Source: the human T2T-CHM13v2.0 reference genome, Homo sapiens
Direction: 5' to 3' (one strand)
DNA length: 64,000 nucleotides
Assembly: GCF_009914755.1 (NCBI RefSeq)
Contig: NC_060938.1
Position 1 is the first letter of the stretch. Every line of letters begins with the position of its first letter. Both the position numbers and the translations under genes were made by a program. The notes under the pieces were generated by a model that did not search any database, was not told the DNA's origin, and saw nothing but the letters and a program-made list of their open reading frames with translations. Below, piece by piece: positions 27,300 to 40,949 of this stretch.

Positions 27300-27860
27300 A
27301 AGATTTCTTTCAGACAGTTTGGCAATATACGCACAATGTGATATGTGCAAGCCTTGGATCCAACAAGTCTACCTCTAAGTATCTTTCTTCTGAAATACTC
27401 ATGTAGGTATGCAAGTATATACCCATTTGAATATTCATGGTGACATTATTTGTAACAAGGGAAAATTGGAGATAACTTGAACACCTCTTAGTGGTAAATA
27501 AGGTTAAGTAAATGATGGCCCAACTATTCAATGAACACTAAACTAAAAAAGAATGAGGTAGCTCCATCTGGACACTCATAGTTAAAAAGACAGCTATAAA
27601 ATATTGTTGCATCCAGAAAAACAAACTTTAGAACAAAATATAAAGTATAATCGCATTTTTGTTTTTAAAGAAAGTGTAGAGGGAAGTGTGTCTCTGGAAA
27701 AAAATGCTAGAAGGCTACAAAACAAACACTATAAAATGTTAACAGTAGCTAAAATTAGGAAGAGATTTGGGGAAAGATGGAGGTCACTGGGGAGTTTGTT
27801 TTCTCTATTTCTATCTTGTTCATTTTTCAGTGACGATATATTCATTTTATAATTTAGTAT
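27300..27860 (+). mobile_element. L1ME-type LINE-1 3' fragment
   Basis: cagtttggcaata...cattatttgtaaca...aaaaagaatgaggtag. Confidence 0.7.
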
Positions 27861-28789
27861 GGCATCCCTCTCTCCAATTTGCACATGTTTGCATGCACAC
27901 ACAATACAAGGTAGCCATATTCATAGATATAGGAGTTACAGATTTCTAAACCTTTAAGTGAGCTAAAATTAGATCAGGAAAACAAACAATTGTGTTGTAT
28001 ATTCCAGAAACTAAAACTTTTAATAGAGGGAATTAGGGACTTAAGGTCGTGGAAGCCACCACAGGCAAACTCAGCCTGAAGCACCAAAGTTCTAAGGTGC
28101 TCACTGAGAAACCTCTAGGGTTCTCAAGATCATCTGGAAGCTCCCACCAACTTTTCAGTCTACAGCAACAAACAGAGTTGTTTCCAAGAGCTTGCTGCAA
28201 AGTTCCTATAAATTGCTATGTATATGGACAGCAACTGTCACAGAAGTGTAATGGCCTCTCCTCACATTCTGCCTAGCAAAGCTTGTATGACTTTCTCATT
28301 GGAAAACTCTGACCTAGAACTACACTGAAGAGAAACCTAGTTTCAAGCTTCCTTTCTCTGGCACAGAAGAGACAGAATAGCTGGGATGCGGGTTGTGGCT
28401 GAGCTGACAACAGATAGTCAAGCACAGTTCTCCCCTTTGTTTTCTCAGCATCCATACAAACCACTTTTATCCATATTTAATATCTGGATAAAAGTGATAA
28501 CTTCTGCTTTACAACTACTCATGGTAAAACTGAAGATGCTTACATCCTGTTCCCCAAAGAGGAGACACTACATTCTTAAGCCAATTAATCCATCTCTGAA
28601 TAATATTTATTCCTTTTCTACTTCAGCCACAATACCTTTCTGATGTTTTATAACTTAAATACCAAATCATGGGTTAATTACAAATAAGTCACTTTATATT
28701 TGACAATATGACAATGGAAAAAGGAAGTATTTAATAAATTCAAATATATCAAAGCAGGTATCAAGCTACTAAGAAAATAAGTACAATTA

Positions 28790-29413
28790 CCACAGTGTTT
28801 ATTTATGCAGTTGGTCACATGGCCTTAGATAGGTTTTGTAAGTCACTTCTTTCACCGCCCATTCCATATTCCCTTTGCCCTTACTCGGCACCTCAGTAAG
28901 TCATGCTGCTCTACCTGTCAAGGTGACTTGAGCTCCTATTCCCTCAGGATCTATACCTGCACTAGGTTGCCACAGTTTTCCATTAACTTTTAACACTGGG
29001 AATGAGAGCATTAAGATGTACTCCAGAGCATCCTCAGGCACACTCCTTCCTGTTTCTATCATACAGTGGCAATCCTAATTCCTGAGTAATCATATTGTGG
29101 CAATCCTGATTCCACCTCATAATCAGGATCGTCATTTCAGCAAGTGCAGGGTAGTAATCTCCTCTTTGCCTCTTGTTCACTGGTATGAGTAGCCCAAAGG
29201 GCCAAGAGGCAGTCTCCGGTTCCAACTTAATGAAATTATTATTCTATCTCTGGAGAAGGGGATCTTCTTTTGGGAACTAAGACCTCCAAAGTAGCAGACC
29301 CCAAGTTGCACGAATGAAGGCAAAGCTTTGTTATTGGATCCTGGTTGGCGGGGGAACAGTGATAAAAGTCACTATCACATATTCCTTTTGGCTCCCAGAC
29401 TCATTAGTCTGCC

Positions 29414-29458
<45 letters not shown>

Positions 29459-30270
29459 TATCATGTATTACATATTGGCTCAGAGCATATTCTGCATCTT
29501 GGAGGGTGTTACCCCAGTCCTGAAATGTGCTTTTATCCAACAACGTTATAAGCAAGTGTTCAACTGCCCATTCTATCGCTATATTAGGTCAAATTCTTTC
29601 GAGTGATGAAGTATGTATATAACTAATGAATTCCATGACTATGAACCCATTGCCATACTTCTTTCATTCTAATGTGAGTTCCTAGTCAGAAGAGATGTTA
29701 TATGGAATATCATTATGTTAAATGAGGCATTTCAAGAATCCACACATGGTCATGCTGGCAGAAGCATTGTAAGGCAGATAAATTGCTGCCTCTTCAATGA
29801 TAGTCTTCCAAGAAACAGAGACACATCAGGAGCTCAGTGTTAGTCTCTCCGGCTGGCAGCTTCAGCACTCATGTTGTGATTGTGGAAAGCCTCCTATTCA
29901 ACAATTATCCTTTGCTTTAGTATTCACTTGGGTAAAGAAACAATCACACTCTGTGCCTATTCTGAGAGGTCCATTCAGATATCTCTTCCCCAGACCTCCT
30001 TGTTACTGAAGTTCCAACCTTGTTCCTTCCAAGTTCTTGACCTCTAGCCAAACCATCACCCACTGCTCAGGAATCTCTATCATTGTATAATACCATCGGT
30101 CATCTCTGCTTAGAGGCAAAGTGAATAAAAGACATGCATGGCTCAAAGTCCTGCCCATGGAGGGGATTTCTTTTTGTACTATTCTTTAGGGACTCTGTTG
30201 AATAGGGCCCCCATGCTGCAGCCATGTCCTTTTGAGTTAGTGCTAGTTTCATATATCATGCTATTTGCTT
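28790..30270 (-). pseudogene. Decayed ERVL (HERV-L/ERVL-E-like) pol: RNase H, integrase and dUTPase
   Basis: Minus-strand translations give WGNTLQDAEYALSQ (cf. WGKVLQKAVYALNQ), IPYNISSD and KEVWQWVHSHGIH (integrase core), FGLLIP (dUTPase), KGKGNMEW and RPCDQL (C-terminus); many stops and frameshifts. Confidence 0.88.
29417..29455. repeat. Poly(A)39 within ERVL pol
   Basis: Seen directly. Confidence 0.95.
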
Positions 30271-30760
30271 ATCCAACAGCTATTTTATACTCTTTTCTTG
30301 CTAAAAAGAAACCTAATATTGTTTAGATATGAACACCAGAATGTTCAAGGGATCCAATACAAGTGTAAGGACCATAATTGATATAATTCTACCCATGTAA
30401 GTTATTCCTATATTCTAGTGATTGATTTAGGGATGGTCTGATGACCCAGTTCTGGCCATGGGACCTGGAAGGAAATCTAGGACGTTTAGAAAAGATCCTC
30501 ATTTCCTGATAAATAGAAAAACACAATAACATTGTGAGACTTTATATTTCTTTTTGGACATTAGAGTGTAAAGTGGCAATACTTGGAATTATGGCAGCCA
30601 TCTTATAGCCAGGAGGGGAAAGACAAAAGTATATAGGAGAAAGCTAGCCAGAGCCCAGATATCAGGAAGCTGCTGCATTACCAAACCTACAACTGCCTTC
30701 CTTCTTTATATATGGCATAATAACATCCAAATTTTAAGTAAATTTAGCCAGGTTGCACTT
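30270..30760 (+). mobile_element. MLT1 (G/H-like) MaLR LTR
   Basis: atgacccagttctggcca, atggcagccatcttatagcca. Confidence 0.65.
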
Positions 30761-30977
30761 GAATTTATACCAGTTTAAAAACAGTATTTTACATCTCCTA
30801 TTACCTTGTCATGAGGATGTTTTGTAAACGTATGAGTAGCAGCTTTGCAAAATTTGAATGCCTTTTGGATAATAAGTATGGGAATGATAGAGGGAAAATG
30901 AAACAGACAAAAATTCAGAGTATTTCTTTTTTTCCAGGGATTAAAAAGAATAGGAGGTCACCACTTCATATTCCCAA

Positions 30978-30979
<2 letters not shown>

Positions 30980-31028
<49 letters not shown>

Positions 31029-31045
31029 AGTATACACACACACAG
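30980..31045. repeat. (CA)n microsatellite
   Basis: About 22 uninterrupted CA units. Confidence 0.97.
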
Positions 31046-32305
31046 ACATGCACATTCACCTTTATGTCTCGAGGTAGAATCTAGCAAGAATGGGTTCCTT
31101 CAGCTTCATGACCAAGATACATGACAAGGCTGAGGTCCAGAATGAAAAAAAATGAACTGAGAGATGTGGGCTTTTCAGGCCAGTCAGAGGCTTAGACTAC
31201 GTGGTTTACATAAAAAAAGGCTCAGTAAGAGCCCTGGACTGGTTCCATACAGTGGTTATGGGTTAAGCAAGGATACTTGGAAGGCAGCTGTCAGATTCAG
31301 TAGCAATTCCCCATCTTGTGAGCATCACAGCCCATGCATATGGAAGAGATATGGATGATGCCCGCTACTGGCAATTTTATTTTTGCGCAACTCCTATATC
31401 ACATTCCCCCAAAATGAACTGATGAATACAGTTGTACCGTTTATGAATTTATCTTCCTGGAATGAAATCAATATGTTTTTGGAAAGGACTTTGCCCTGCA
31501 TTCACTGGTGAGCATTTGTGTCCTGCTGGGCAGATAGGGAGACAGGAGCAGCGGTGGTAAGAGCAATCTCTGCTGCCATCTTCTGATGATAGGAGCAAGA
31601 AACAGACAGAGGGAGTGAAAGGAAAGCAGATGCACAAGCCCCTTTTTCTCCAATAAACTCAGATGCCCTGAGGGAAAAGCTTGCACTGGAGGCACTGCCT
31701 CCTTGGAAGTAATAGAGATGAATTTCTAGCTCAGCCCCCACCTCACCTGTGCCATCCCATCCCATCACTTTCCATTCCATCTGGCTGGTCCAGACACAAC
31801 TCTTACAAGTGACCCAACAGAATTCAGATTTAGACCCTGTGCCATTGAGGCATGTCAACCTCTCCAGGAGGTTTGTAACTTGACTCGGTAGGCATGAAAG
31901 CTTCACTTTCTTCTTATTGGTAGAGAAAAAGGCATTTTGGGCTCAGGTGCTCCAAACGGTGAAAGGGATAAACTTGGCTCTGGGCTGGTTTTGAATCCAT
32001 TGAAAAGAGGAAGAAGTTGAAGCCTGCCATTGGAGGAACTCTTCACAAAAGCATTTGAAGAACAGAGGATAAGAAGGGCTATGGGTGGAATAGTTTGTCT
32101 CAGAGAACTTCTCCCCACCAACCCCACAATCTAGCCCATTCTACCACAGAGCTGCCAGCAGAGTTGTTCTCTCAGCATCCCAATGTGAACAGTCAGAAAG
32201 ACTGCTCTATCCGACTGAACTTGATGGGGAAGCTGGGGGTGCACAGTGTCAATGAGGAGTCAGGAGCAGAGGAATACAACGAGACATGTTCCAAGACATA
32301 TTCAC

Positions 32306-33800
32306 CATTTCATTCTTTAGCAAATATTCATTGAAACCCTACTATGAGCCAAGCAGTGAGCAAAGGACACATGTACACACACACAGACACACACACACAC
32401 ACATCCCACTTGCCCTCATAGAGCTTCTAGTCTAACAGAAGCATCAAACAACTACACAAATAGATCATATGCCATATCATGATATGTATGTGAAGAAAAA
32501 TAAAGGAAGGGAGGAAAATGGGTAGTGGCGGAAGCTGAATGGAATTTAAACAGGTAATTATTGGAAGGATTCACTGAGATAGTGAGGTTGGATCAGAACT
32601 CTGAAAGATATGAAGGAGGAAGCCATGCCAATGTCTCAGGGAGAGCCATCCAAGTAGAGAGAATAGCAGATACAGAGGCCTGGAAAGTGGAGCATGCCTG
32701 TTGATTCTTGGAAAAATAAAGCAGGCATCATGATGGTAACAGAGAGAGTGAGGGGAAAGAATTAGAAGAGGAAGTTGGGGTCAGATCCCACTGAGTCCTA
32801 TAGAACATTGGCTTCGACGCTGAGTGAGATGGGAAAGTATTAGTAAATCTGAAGCAAAAGGATGTTCTGACTTACGTTTTAAAGAGACATTTTAGTTGTT
32901 GGGTTGAGAGTAGACAATATACAGAGAAATGTTGAAGTAAGGACACAGTGAGGAGGCTGTAGCAATATCCCAGTCAGGAGAGGAAGGTGGTTGAGACACT
33001 CCCAAAGAACAAGTAATGGTCAAGTTTCAGATGTATTTTGAGGGTACAGCCAAGAAGATTTGCTGGTCATATTGGATATGGAGTATTAAAAAAAAAAAAG
33101 AATAAAGGATGACTGGATGACTCCATGGAATTTCATCTGAACAACTAAAAAGGTGGAGTAGCTGTTTAAGGTGTTAGGAAATGTCCCAGGAGGAGCATGG
33201 GGCTGTGTGTGTGTGCATGTGTGTGTCTCGCAGGCAAGCAGGAGGCATGGTGTGCAGAGCTCAGAAATTCATTTTTTAACATGTAAAGCTTCTGGTGCCT
33301 ATTAGATACCCAGGTTGTGATTTGAAAGAGACAGATATGCATGTCCGGAGTGTTCAGAGACAACTCTCAGCCGAAGCTCTAAATCTGGAGAATCACCAGC
33401 TTACAGATGGTATTCAAAGCCATGAGATTTTAATGCAATGGACATGGGAGTGAGAATAAATAGAGAATTGGTCTTTGGGCAGAAGGATAAAACACTGCCC
33501 TGTGAGGAGCTCAAGATGAAGAGAAACCAGCAAAGACTGAGAAGGAGCAACCAGTGGGATAGGAGGAAAACCAAGAGGTGCCATATCCTGGAGGCCCCAC
33601 GAAGAGCTTTCAATGGGAGGGAAGATATACTGTAACAAGTGCTGCTGACATGCCAAGGAATCTTGAGCTCTGAGAATTAACCCCTTAATGGAGCCACGTG
33701 AATGTAGTTGGTGACCATCCACAAGTTGTCAGGACAACTCTTGAGTGAAGTAGATTAAGGAGAAAATGGAACAAAAGGAACTGAAGCCAAGTGCATAGTC
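32306..33800 (-). mobile_element. Long L2 LINE fragment
   Basis: cattctttagcaaatattcattga 3' end; ctgagtgagatgggaa, gatgtattttgagggtacagcc, aagccatgagatt. Confidence 0.85.
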
Positions 33801-36529
33801 AACCTTTCAGGAATTTATATAAAAATTCTCTCCCTATAAATTCTCATAACCAATTAAGAGAAAGTCATAGAAAGAGGCTGAGCCCTTCCAGTCGAAGAGC
33901 TGGGGGTTAAGAGACACTACGATGATACGATGAGTACATTACTATTAATATGTCCCCAAGTGTCCCTGCAGGCTGGTGAAATCTGGGGATGTGCACATAA
34001 TGTTAATTATCGCTGTTAATAAAACTTTTGCCCAACTGACCTTCCTTCCCTCTAAAAGAAAATAATTCCAAAAGCTAGAAGTTTTCACTTGTGAGAAAGG
34101 TTTCCAGTTGTGTTCCCATATAAATTTTCCCTTTACTTATTTCATTTCACCCTTTGCTCTGAATTGCTGATACTTCTCATCTTTCCCAGTTAATAATTGG
34201 TTGGAGAACCTATGCACATTTTTATTATTTCAATTTCAAACCATAAGGCAGGGCTTCCATCCCATTAATCACTTTGCATTCTTTCTCTAATGCTAACCTT
34301 TTCCTAATATTGAGTTGTCCTGTAGGGGAGCTGAGTTTGGAGTTTTAGGTGTTCTCTCTTTGCCACTGCATGAAGAGGGTCAATGGCCTTTCAGGGCCAT
34401 TTTCAGGCTTCTTTGCATTTGTAGTCGTAATTGTAGGCAGATAGGGTAATCGCAGGTTGATCTATTTCCACCAGGTACTATTTCCACCTCATCTATTTCC
34501 ACTCTTTCTATCTTGTGTCATTAAATTACTTTGATATAATAACGTATGGCTATTTCTCCAATCATTTGTTCCTTTCCCTTCCTCTCATTCAGAGAGGTGC
34601 TTGGCTCTATGTTCTTGGTCCCAGCAGAAGAATGAAGCAAGGCACACCATGGACACCCTGACTTTTGTGTACAAATCCTCAAGGCTGAGAGTGAAAATAT
34701 GAGTGAAAACATAGAAAAGGCATGTTGAAGAAACATGAGATAATGCTTTCCCTGAAAGCAGGATGTTGAGTGGGGATGAAAAACTTTGCATGCTGGTTGC
34801 TGACATCAAAGGATAAAGGCTAGAGGTCCCAGAATAACATTGCCTTCCTGATGTCTCTATGCAGACAACAGCACTGGTGGTATTACCACACAGAAACCTC
34901 TGTGAAAAGATGACAAATGAACAGAGGTAGAGGTCCATCCACAATACCGTGGAACTACCTAAGATCTCCAAAACTTTTGCATGAATCAGAAAGAGAAACA
35001 GAGCAAACTGCCTGATATTAAGTATCTCCTCCCAGCCCACTGAGATGGAAGCTTCATCTCAAAGTTGAGTAGTAGTAGAAAGTAATCTCCATTTACCAGG
35101 CATCCACGCTTATGAACCATGATTCAGCCCACTGTACTAGGTTCCAAACTCATATTTTCTCTTGTGACCTTGTGTATCACCCAGGACCTCCTAATGCATC
35201 TGTTTCCTCACTGCTAAAAATAAGTCAGCAAAACCTTTTCTGCCTTTTCCACCACTCTGCCCCCGGTGCTTATCACACAGGTTGATATATAATATGCATG
35301 CATGTGTGTTCTGGCCAATTTTATGTTGCTATGAAAACTAAACGAATTATTTCATGTAAAATCATTTTACACACTCTAAAGCCCTTTGCAAATGTAAGGA
35401 AGAGCATTATCATTCCCTTCTTGATTTCTACCCTCCACTGTTGTTAGTGAAAATTGATTACCTATTAAGTGCTGAGTGAGAAGGTTAGCCTTAATAATTT
35501 CATTTGGCTTGCATACAGAAGCTCAGATCCTGCCATACCTTGTATAATCATAGAAAGATATTTCAGATGCCAGCTCCCTTCTTCTGCCTATTCTAGTTGA
35601 GGGTGCCAAACCCTTCCTATAATATGTTGGATCTGAGATCCTGCAATGTCAGATCTGATCAAGAAAATGTCAAATTGAAGGAAAGGAAGGTGACTGTATC
35701 TTTCTCCACAGCTCCTGAAGATTATGGTGTCCTGTATTAGCAAATATTTATTCTGAAATATAGGTACATCAGCTGATTACAGCATCATGTTATTGTGGGT
35801 CTTTTTAGTTATTTTCCTGGTAGCAGTAATTTGTTTCCAAATACAAAAGGCATATATAGGGTATAAAGGGGTGGCAAAAGATATGAGGGGTGTGCCATTT
35901 GCCTTGGTCATTGTGCTTATATTTTTTTGCCACATAGAACTTGTACTATAATTGGATGATGCTTGGCACAGGGATGTGAAATGAAGAATTAAAATAGAAT
36001 ATTCTCAGTTTGATACAGTATAATTTCTAGAAACAGAATAAGAGTTGGAAAAGACTCTTACGAGTAGTTGATCTAGTCCTTTTTTCCTATCAGGTGAGCG
36101 TGATCTAGTGTAGATAGTTATATTTAAAGATATGCTAGAGTTAAAATGTTAATCCCTCACCTCCCAGTTCACTCTGAAGTTTAAAGTCAATCAAAAATCA
36201 CTTTAGCATGTACTTTGTATAAGAAAATCACTGGGTTTTTTGATGAATCATTGTAAGGGCAATACTGAAATAAATAAAACAGGATTTCCAAAGTCTGATT
36301 GAGAAGAGAAGGTATATAAGCACAAACACACTGACACAGACACACATGCACAGTCCAAAACAAAGAAATATATCCCGTGGTGCCTATAATAGTCTTAAGG
36401 TTATGAATCACATAAGGGCTACAGAATGACAGGAAGGAAAATTTTACTGAGGGCTGAAAGTGGGGAAAAATGAAGACAAGTCTCAGGCAATAAAAATGGA
36501 GTGCCCACATTTCACTGAGAAGATCGAAC

Positions 36530-36750
36530 AAGCTAATATTTATTGAGCATCAATTGGATACAGAGGCTGTGATGGAAGATATACATGTTATGTCACCAAG
36601 AAAGACCTTCAAGAATCCACAAGGTAGACATTAAGTAAGGTAACTGAGGCTGAGAGAAGTTACCTGATTTACTCCAGATGACTCAACTAAGTGGCAGAGC
36701 CCAAACTCAAACCATGGGCGTCTGACCCTGAAGTTCAAGTTCGTAAGTCT
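36530..36750 (-). mobile_element. MIR
   Basis: gctaatatttattgagca...aactgaggctgagagaagtta...aagtggcagagcc. Confidence 0.8.
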
Positions 36751-37559
36751 GATACAACACCCTGATAAGTTTGATATTAAAAATGTCCAAATTCTTGTAC
36801 TAGATGAAATTTTAAAAATTGAAGGAAGAATGTTAATGTATGTGACTGTGTGTGAAGAAAATCAACCAAAAAAAAAAAAACCTCAATTGTAACAATTCTG
36901 GATGGTCAGAATTTGGAAGAAATGAACAATTGTTAAATGTGCTGTCAATTTCTCACTTAGGCTTATTTCTTACTCCGATTCTACTGGGATGTTCACCTTC
37001 TTACAGCATGATTTCAACATGCTGGAAGGTACCATCTAAGGATAAGCAATGGAAGCACCTATTTCAATGCTATCTTTGCATGATGGCTTTCATTCAGGCC
37101 CATGCAAATCCACTCCTGACAGTTGGGGTCACATAAAGTCTCAGTGTGTTCAACCTTGATTCTGTGAAGCTTAGCCAAACATCCAGTAACTCAGGGAACT
37201 CAATTCTAATTACTCTATTGGTAACCTCAGATTGGAAAGAGTCTAACCTTGGTGGAAGAAGGCCCAAGGGAGAGAAAGGGCATCTCAGGTAAGTTAATGC
37301 AGGAAAGAAACAGATAGGGCGAGAACAGGCTGGGCCATACCATGCTCTGCCTCACATAGGAAGAGTAGTGCCACGAAATGTCTAGACCGGTATGTAGCCC
37401 TGAAATGGGAGGCCTTCAGCATAGGACAGTCTGCAGCATGGATTTTGAAGTCACCAAGGATGATGGCATGTGAGGAAACACATAAGGAAATATGGGTGAT
37501 ATCACTTTGGAAAGTGATTTCCAACACAGAAAACTATGTCAATTACTTTCCAAAAAGTT

Positions 37560-37880
37560 GGTTCATTCATTTATACATTCAAAATAAACATTTATGGAGC
37601 ATCTATTTTGTGCCAGGAGTTATATGGAACTTTAAGAGTATGAAAATAAGCAAAAGAAAATCTTTGTCCTTAAGAAACTTAGAATGTTGGAGTGGTGACT
37701 AACAATTTTGTTGATGATGGTTTTGAGCTGTTCAAGACAGGAAGCAGAGAACTGATTAGGATCTGATGATAGAGTAAACCAACAGAGTACAGACAGATAA
37801 AGAGGGAGGGAGAGATTTTAAAATATATACTTAGGAGATGATAATCGTCAATACTTGGTAATATATTGGATACGGAAGAT
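37560..37880 (-). mobile_element. L2 fragment
   Basis: ttcattcatt...aaacatttatggagcatctattttgtgccagg. Confidence 0.7.
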
Positions 37881-38149
37881 GATTTTATAAAAAGAGTAAA
37901 AGGTATCTTTCACAGATTTCTAGCTTGAAGAAAACAAGTGATAATATAAATCTCAGGAATCCATTCACTTGACAAACATTGATTAAGCACTTCTTAAATG
38001 TCTTCTTAAAAGATGATTTTAGCATATTTTGTCTAATTGAATCTAAATAATTGAAATGAACATCTTTCAGAGATTTAGATATTGAAAAGGAACATAAGAC
38101 AAAATGTAATCCAACCATTCCAAATAAATTATGAAAAAGTAGGTTCAAA

Positions 38150-38400
38150 TAATTATAACATTGAACAACCACCATGTGCCAAGACTATATGCTTTACTGA
38201 GGATTAGTTACAAAGCATATAACTAATCCTCAGGACAGTGACTTTCAGCATCCCCATTCACAAATGAAAAAACTGGAGCTGAGAGGGATTAAATGTCTTA
38301 TCCACAGACTCATGCTATTAAGTGGCAGAGCTCAGATTCAAACCCAGACCTGCGTGATGCCAAATACCATGCACTTCTCACAAAGTTCTCACAAAGTCTT
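38150..38400 (-). mobile_element. MIR
   Basis: catccccattcacaaatgaaaaaactg...aagtggcagagctcagattcaaacccag. Confidence 0.85.
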
Positions 38401-38607
38401 ACTGCCTCCAAAGACAATCAGTTGGCACCTCAAGGTTACATAATAAGTAACAGTGTTTGAACTAGAACTTCATTTCAACTCCCTTTTTTAGCTGGCCCTT
38501 AATATAACATCATAATAACCTGTGTTATGTTTTAGTTTAGTTCTATTAATTTTAAAGGCATGCGATCCATTGAAAATATTTCCCTCCCCAAAATTTTGTT
38601 GTATAAC

Positions 38608-38812
38608 CAGTGCTCTGCACCTAGTACTTGCTCACAAGAGCCAATTGAGTACACTTCATTCCCAACTCTGCATTCAGGGCTGGGAGCTGGTAGCTTGAAA
38701 TCAGCCATGGTGTGAATATCTACACCACAGAAATTTAAATAAGCTATAAATTAGGGCTTCTATGAGTTCATCTTGGAAAAGCGGGTTGTTAAACATTTAC
38801 CAGAATACCAGT
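38608..38812 (-). mobile_element. MER63-like hAT DNA transposon
   Basis: ggtagcttgaaatcagccatggtg...ggttgttaaacatttaccag. Confidence 0.8.
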
Positions 38813-40555
38813 GATGTTTAAATATTTTTAGATATGCATTTGTTACATAAAAGTCAGTTGAGGACTTCAAAATCACTTCCTTAATGTGAGTGAATTGAGG
38901 TTTGGCTTAATATAAAATATTTTTATCACCTTTGATATAACCTGTTGGGTGAACAGAAAACAGTGTTGTCATCATCAGATGCTTTATACACAATACAATT
39001 AAACCCACTTACATTCAATTTTAAAATCTATTGATTTATCCCATAATTATTTTTAGTCCATATTTCTCTATACAATCACTTTTGTAAATTTCAAGTTTCT
39101 GAATCATAGCATGTTGGGAGCTACTTTTCTTTTAGTAGATTCACGAAGTTTGGGGAGAGGAGTCTGCAGTTACTTTTTCACAGTGAGATTTCAAGATCTC
39201 CCCTTAACATTGACTAAACCATCAGCTCATAGAAGTATATATACAATTACCATTATATATTACTATTACATGTGATCAAGTGGTTGGCATGATTTCTCAA
39301 CTACTGCCAAGATGGAATGATTAAATGGCTTTCTGAACAAAACTACTCAAAGAAAACAGAGATGCTTTACCTGGTATCACACAGTTCATTGCTGGTGGCT
39401 GCATCGTAACAGAGAAATTCTCTTTCAAATCAACGAATGCTACAGTCAAAAGAGACTTTCCATACTTCACGATGGAGATGTGAACAATAGTTCTTCCTTT
39501 CATTGGACAAAAATGTGCATTTTGATAAACTATGTAGGCACACATTAGCTCAGAATGGTGGATTCAAGGAAAGCATGAATATTAATTTCTAATATTTTCA
39601 AAGGGACATGTTTATGGCAATGGGATGATTACTTACTGGTAATTGTGTCATAATAATGTTAGTACTTTATGCACAGTCTCAAAAACAAATAACCCATGGA
39701 GCTTAGCACCGCAATATCAGCAGCCCGTCGAAAGCAAATCTTTCTTTGAAGACAAATACCTTAGAGAAAATTAAATGAGAATTTGCAAAGAGTCCTGAAT
39801 CCCACAGGTACTGGCTCTCTCTAGATAAGCAGGTATCCAAAGAAGGCCGGTTCTTGCTGGAATTGCCATAAACAAGCACAATTTGGACTAAAATCCCAGC
39901 CACACTCTGGCTGCTGAAAACTACTATTGGTTTCTCAATCCTTCCAGGAAAAAAAAAGAGGAAGTTAGAATAATGGAAAAATCCTGTGGTTTGAGGGCAG
40001 TTTTGTAAAACCTATAGGATTTTTTTAAATTGGGAATTTCAAAGCTACATTTTCCAATCTCTGCAAGTCATTCATGGATGCAGGTTTGTTTTTTTTTTTT
40101 TTTTCCAAGAAAGTAGAAGTACAGCTGTTAAAACAATAAATATTCTCTTTCAGAAAAGACCACATTGACTGCATTATAGGTGCCCTGGAAAAGAGCCCAC
40201 AGTCTGCCACCTTGCATTTGAAAGGACAGGGGTCATGAATCACAGATACAGGACACATGGACATGATAGAAAGCCAACTGGATTTTCGTCAGATGTTGCC
40301 CATTTCCCAAATCATGCTTTAAAGAAGATATATGTGACAACTAGGGAGTGACAGCTTGCAGGTTACCTTCCCACCCTTTCTATCTCACTTGTATATAGAT
40401 TCCACAAATATGCATTTTTGATGCATTAGCCCAACACTCTTCCTATTGACTAGAGCTACTAGCACGTGGTTCTCCTTGATCATTGAATTCCAATGCTGTT
40501 TTTTCCAGGTTCACCCTTTTAAGCACATACTGGACACTCAAATTCACTGCTTCTC

Positions 40556-40930
40556 TGTCTTAGCCCAGACTGCCATAACAAAGTACCACAGACTGGGTGG
40601 CTTAAACAACAAAAAATTATTTTCTCACAGTTCTGGAGGCTGGAAGTCCAAAATCAAGGTACTTGCAGAATTTGTTTCTCCTGGGGCTTCTTTCTTTTCT
40701 TGAAGATGGCAGCCTCTTCCTTGTGTTCCCACATGACCTTCCCCCTGTGCAAGCACCTTCCTGGTATATCTCCCTCTTAAGGACACCAGCCCTATTGGAT
40801 TGGGGCCCCAACTTATGACCTCATTTAACCTTAATCACCTCCTTAAAGGCTCTGTCTCCAAATACAATCACATTGAGGGTTATCGCTTCAACATATGAAT
40901 TTGGCAGGGATACAATTCTGTCCCTCATAC
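40556..40930 (-). mobile_element. MLT1A-like MaLR solo LTR
   Basis: gccataacaaagtaccacagactgggtggcttaaacaac...ctcacagttctggaggctggaagtcc. Confidence 0.9.
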
Positions 40931-40949
40931 TCCTTTCTTTCACTATAGA

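Noticed and set aside
29328-29606. Poly-Lys and poly-Phe ORFs
   Set aside because: Produced by the A39 run in a dead ERVL pol
31570-31590. CTCF/YY1-like words (also ~9095, ~26243, ~44990)
   Set aside because: Mismatches at core positions; cannot be supported without a PWM scan or ChIP
34585-35040. 151-aa minus-strand ORF in unique DNA
   Set aside because: Non-ATG start, no recognisable domain and no convincing flanking splice sites
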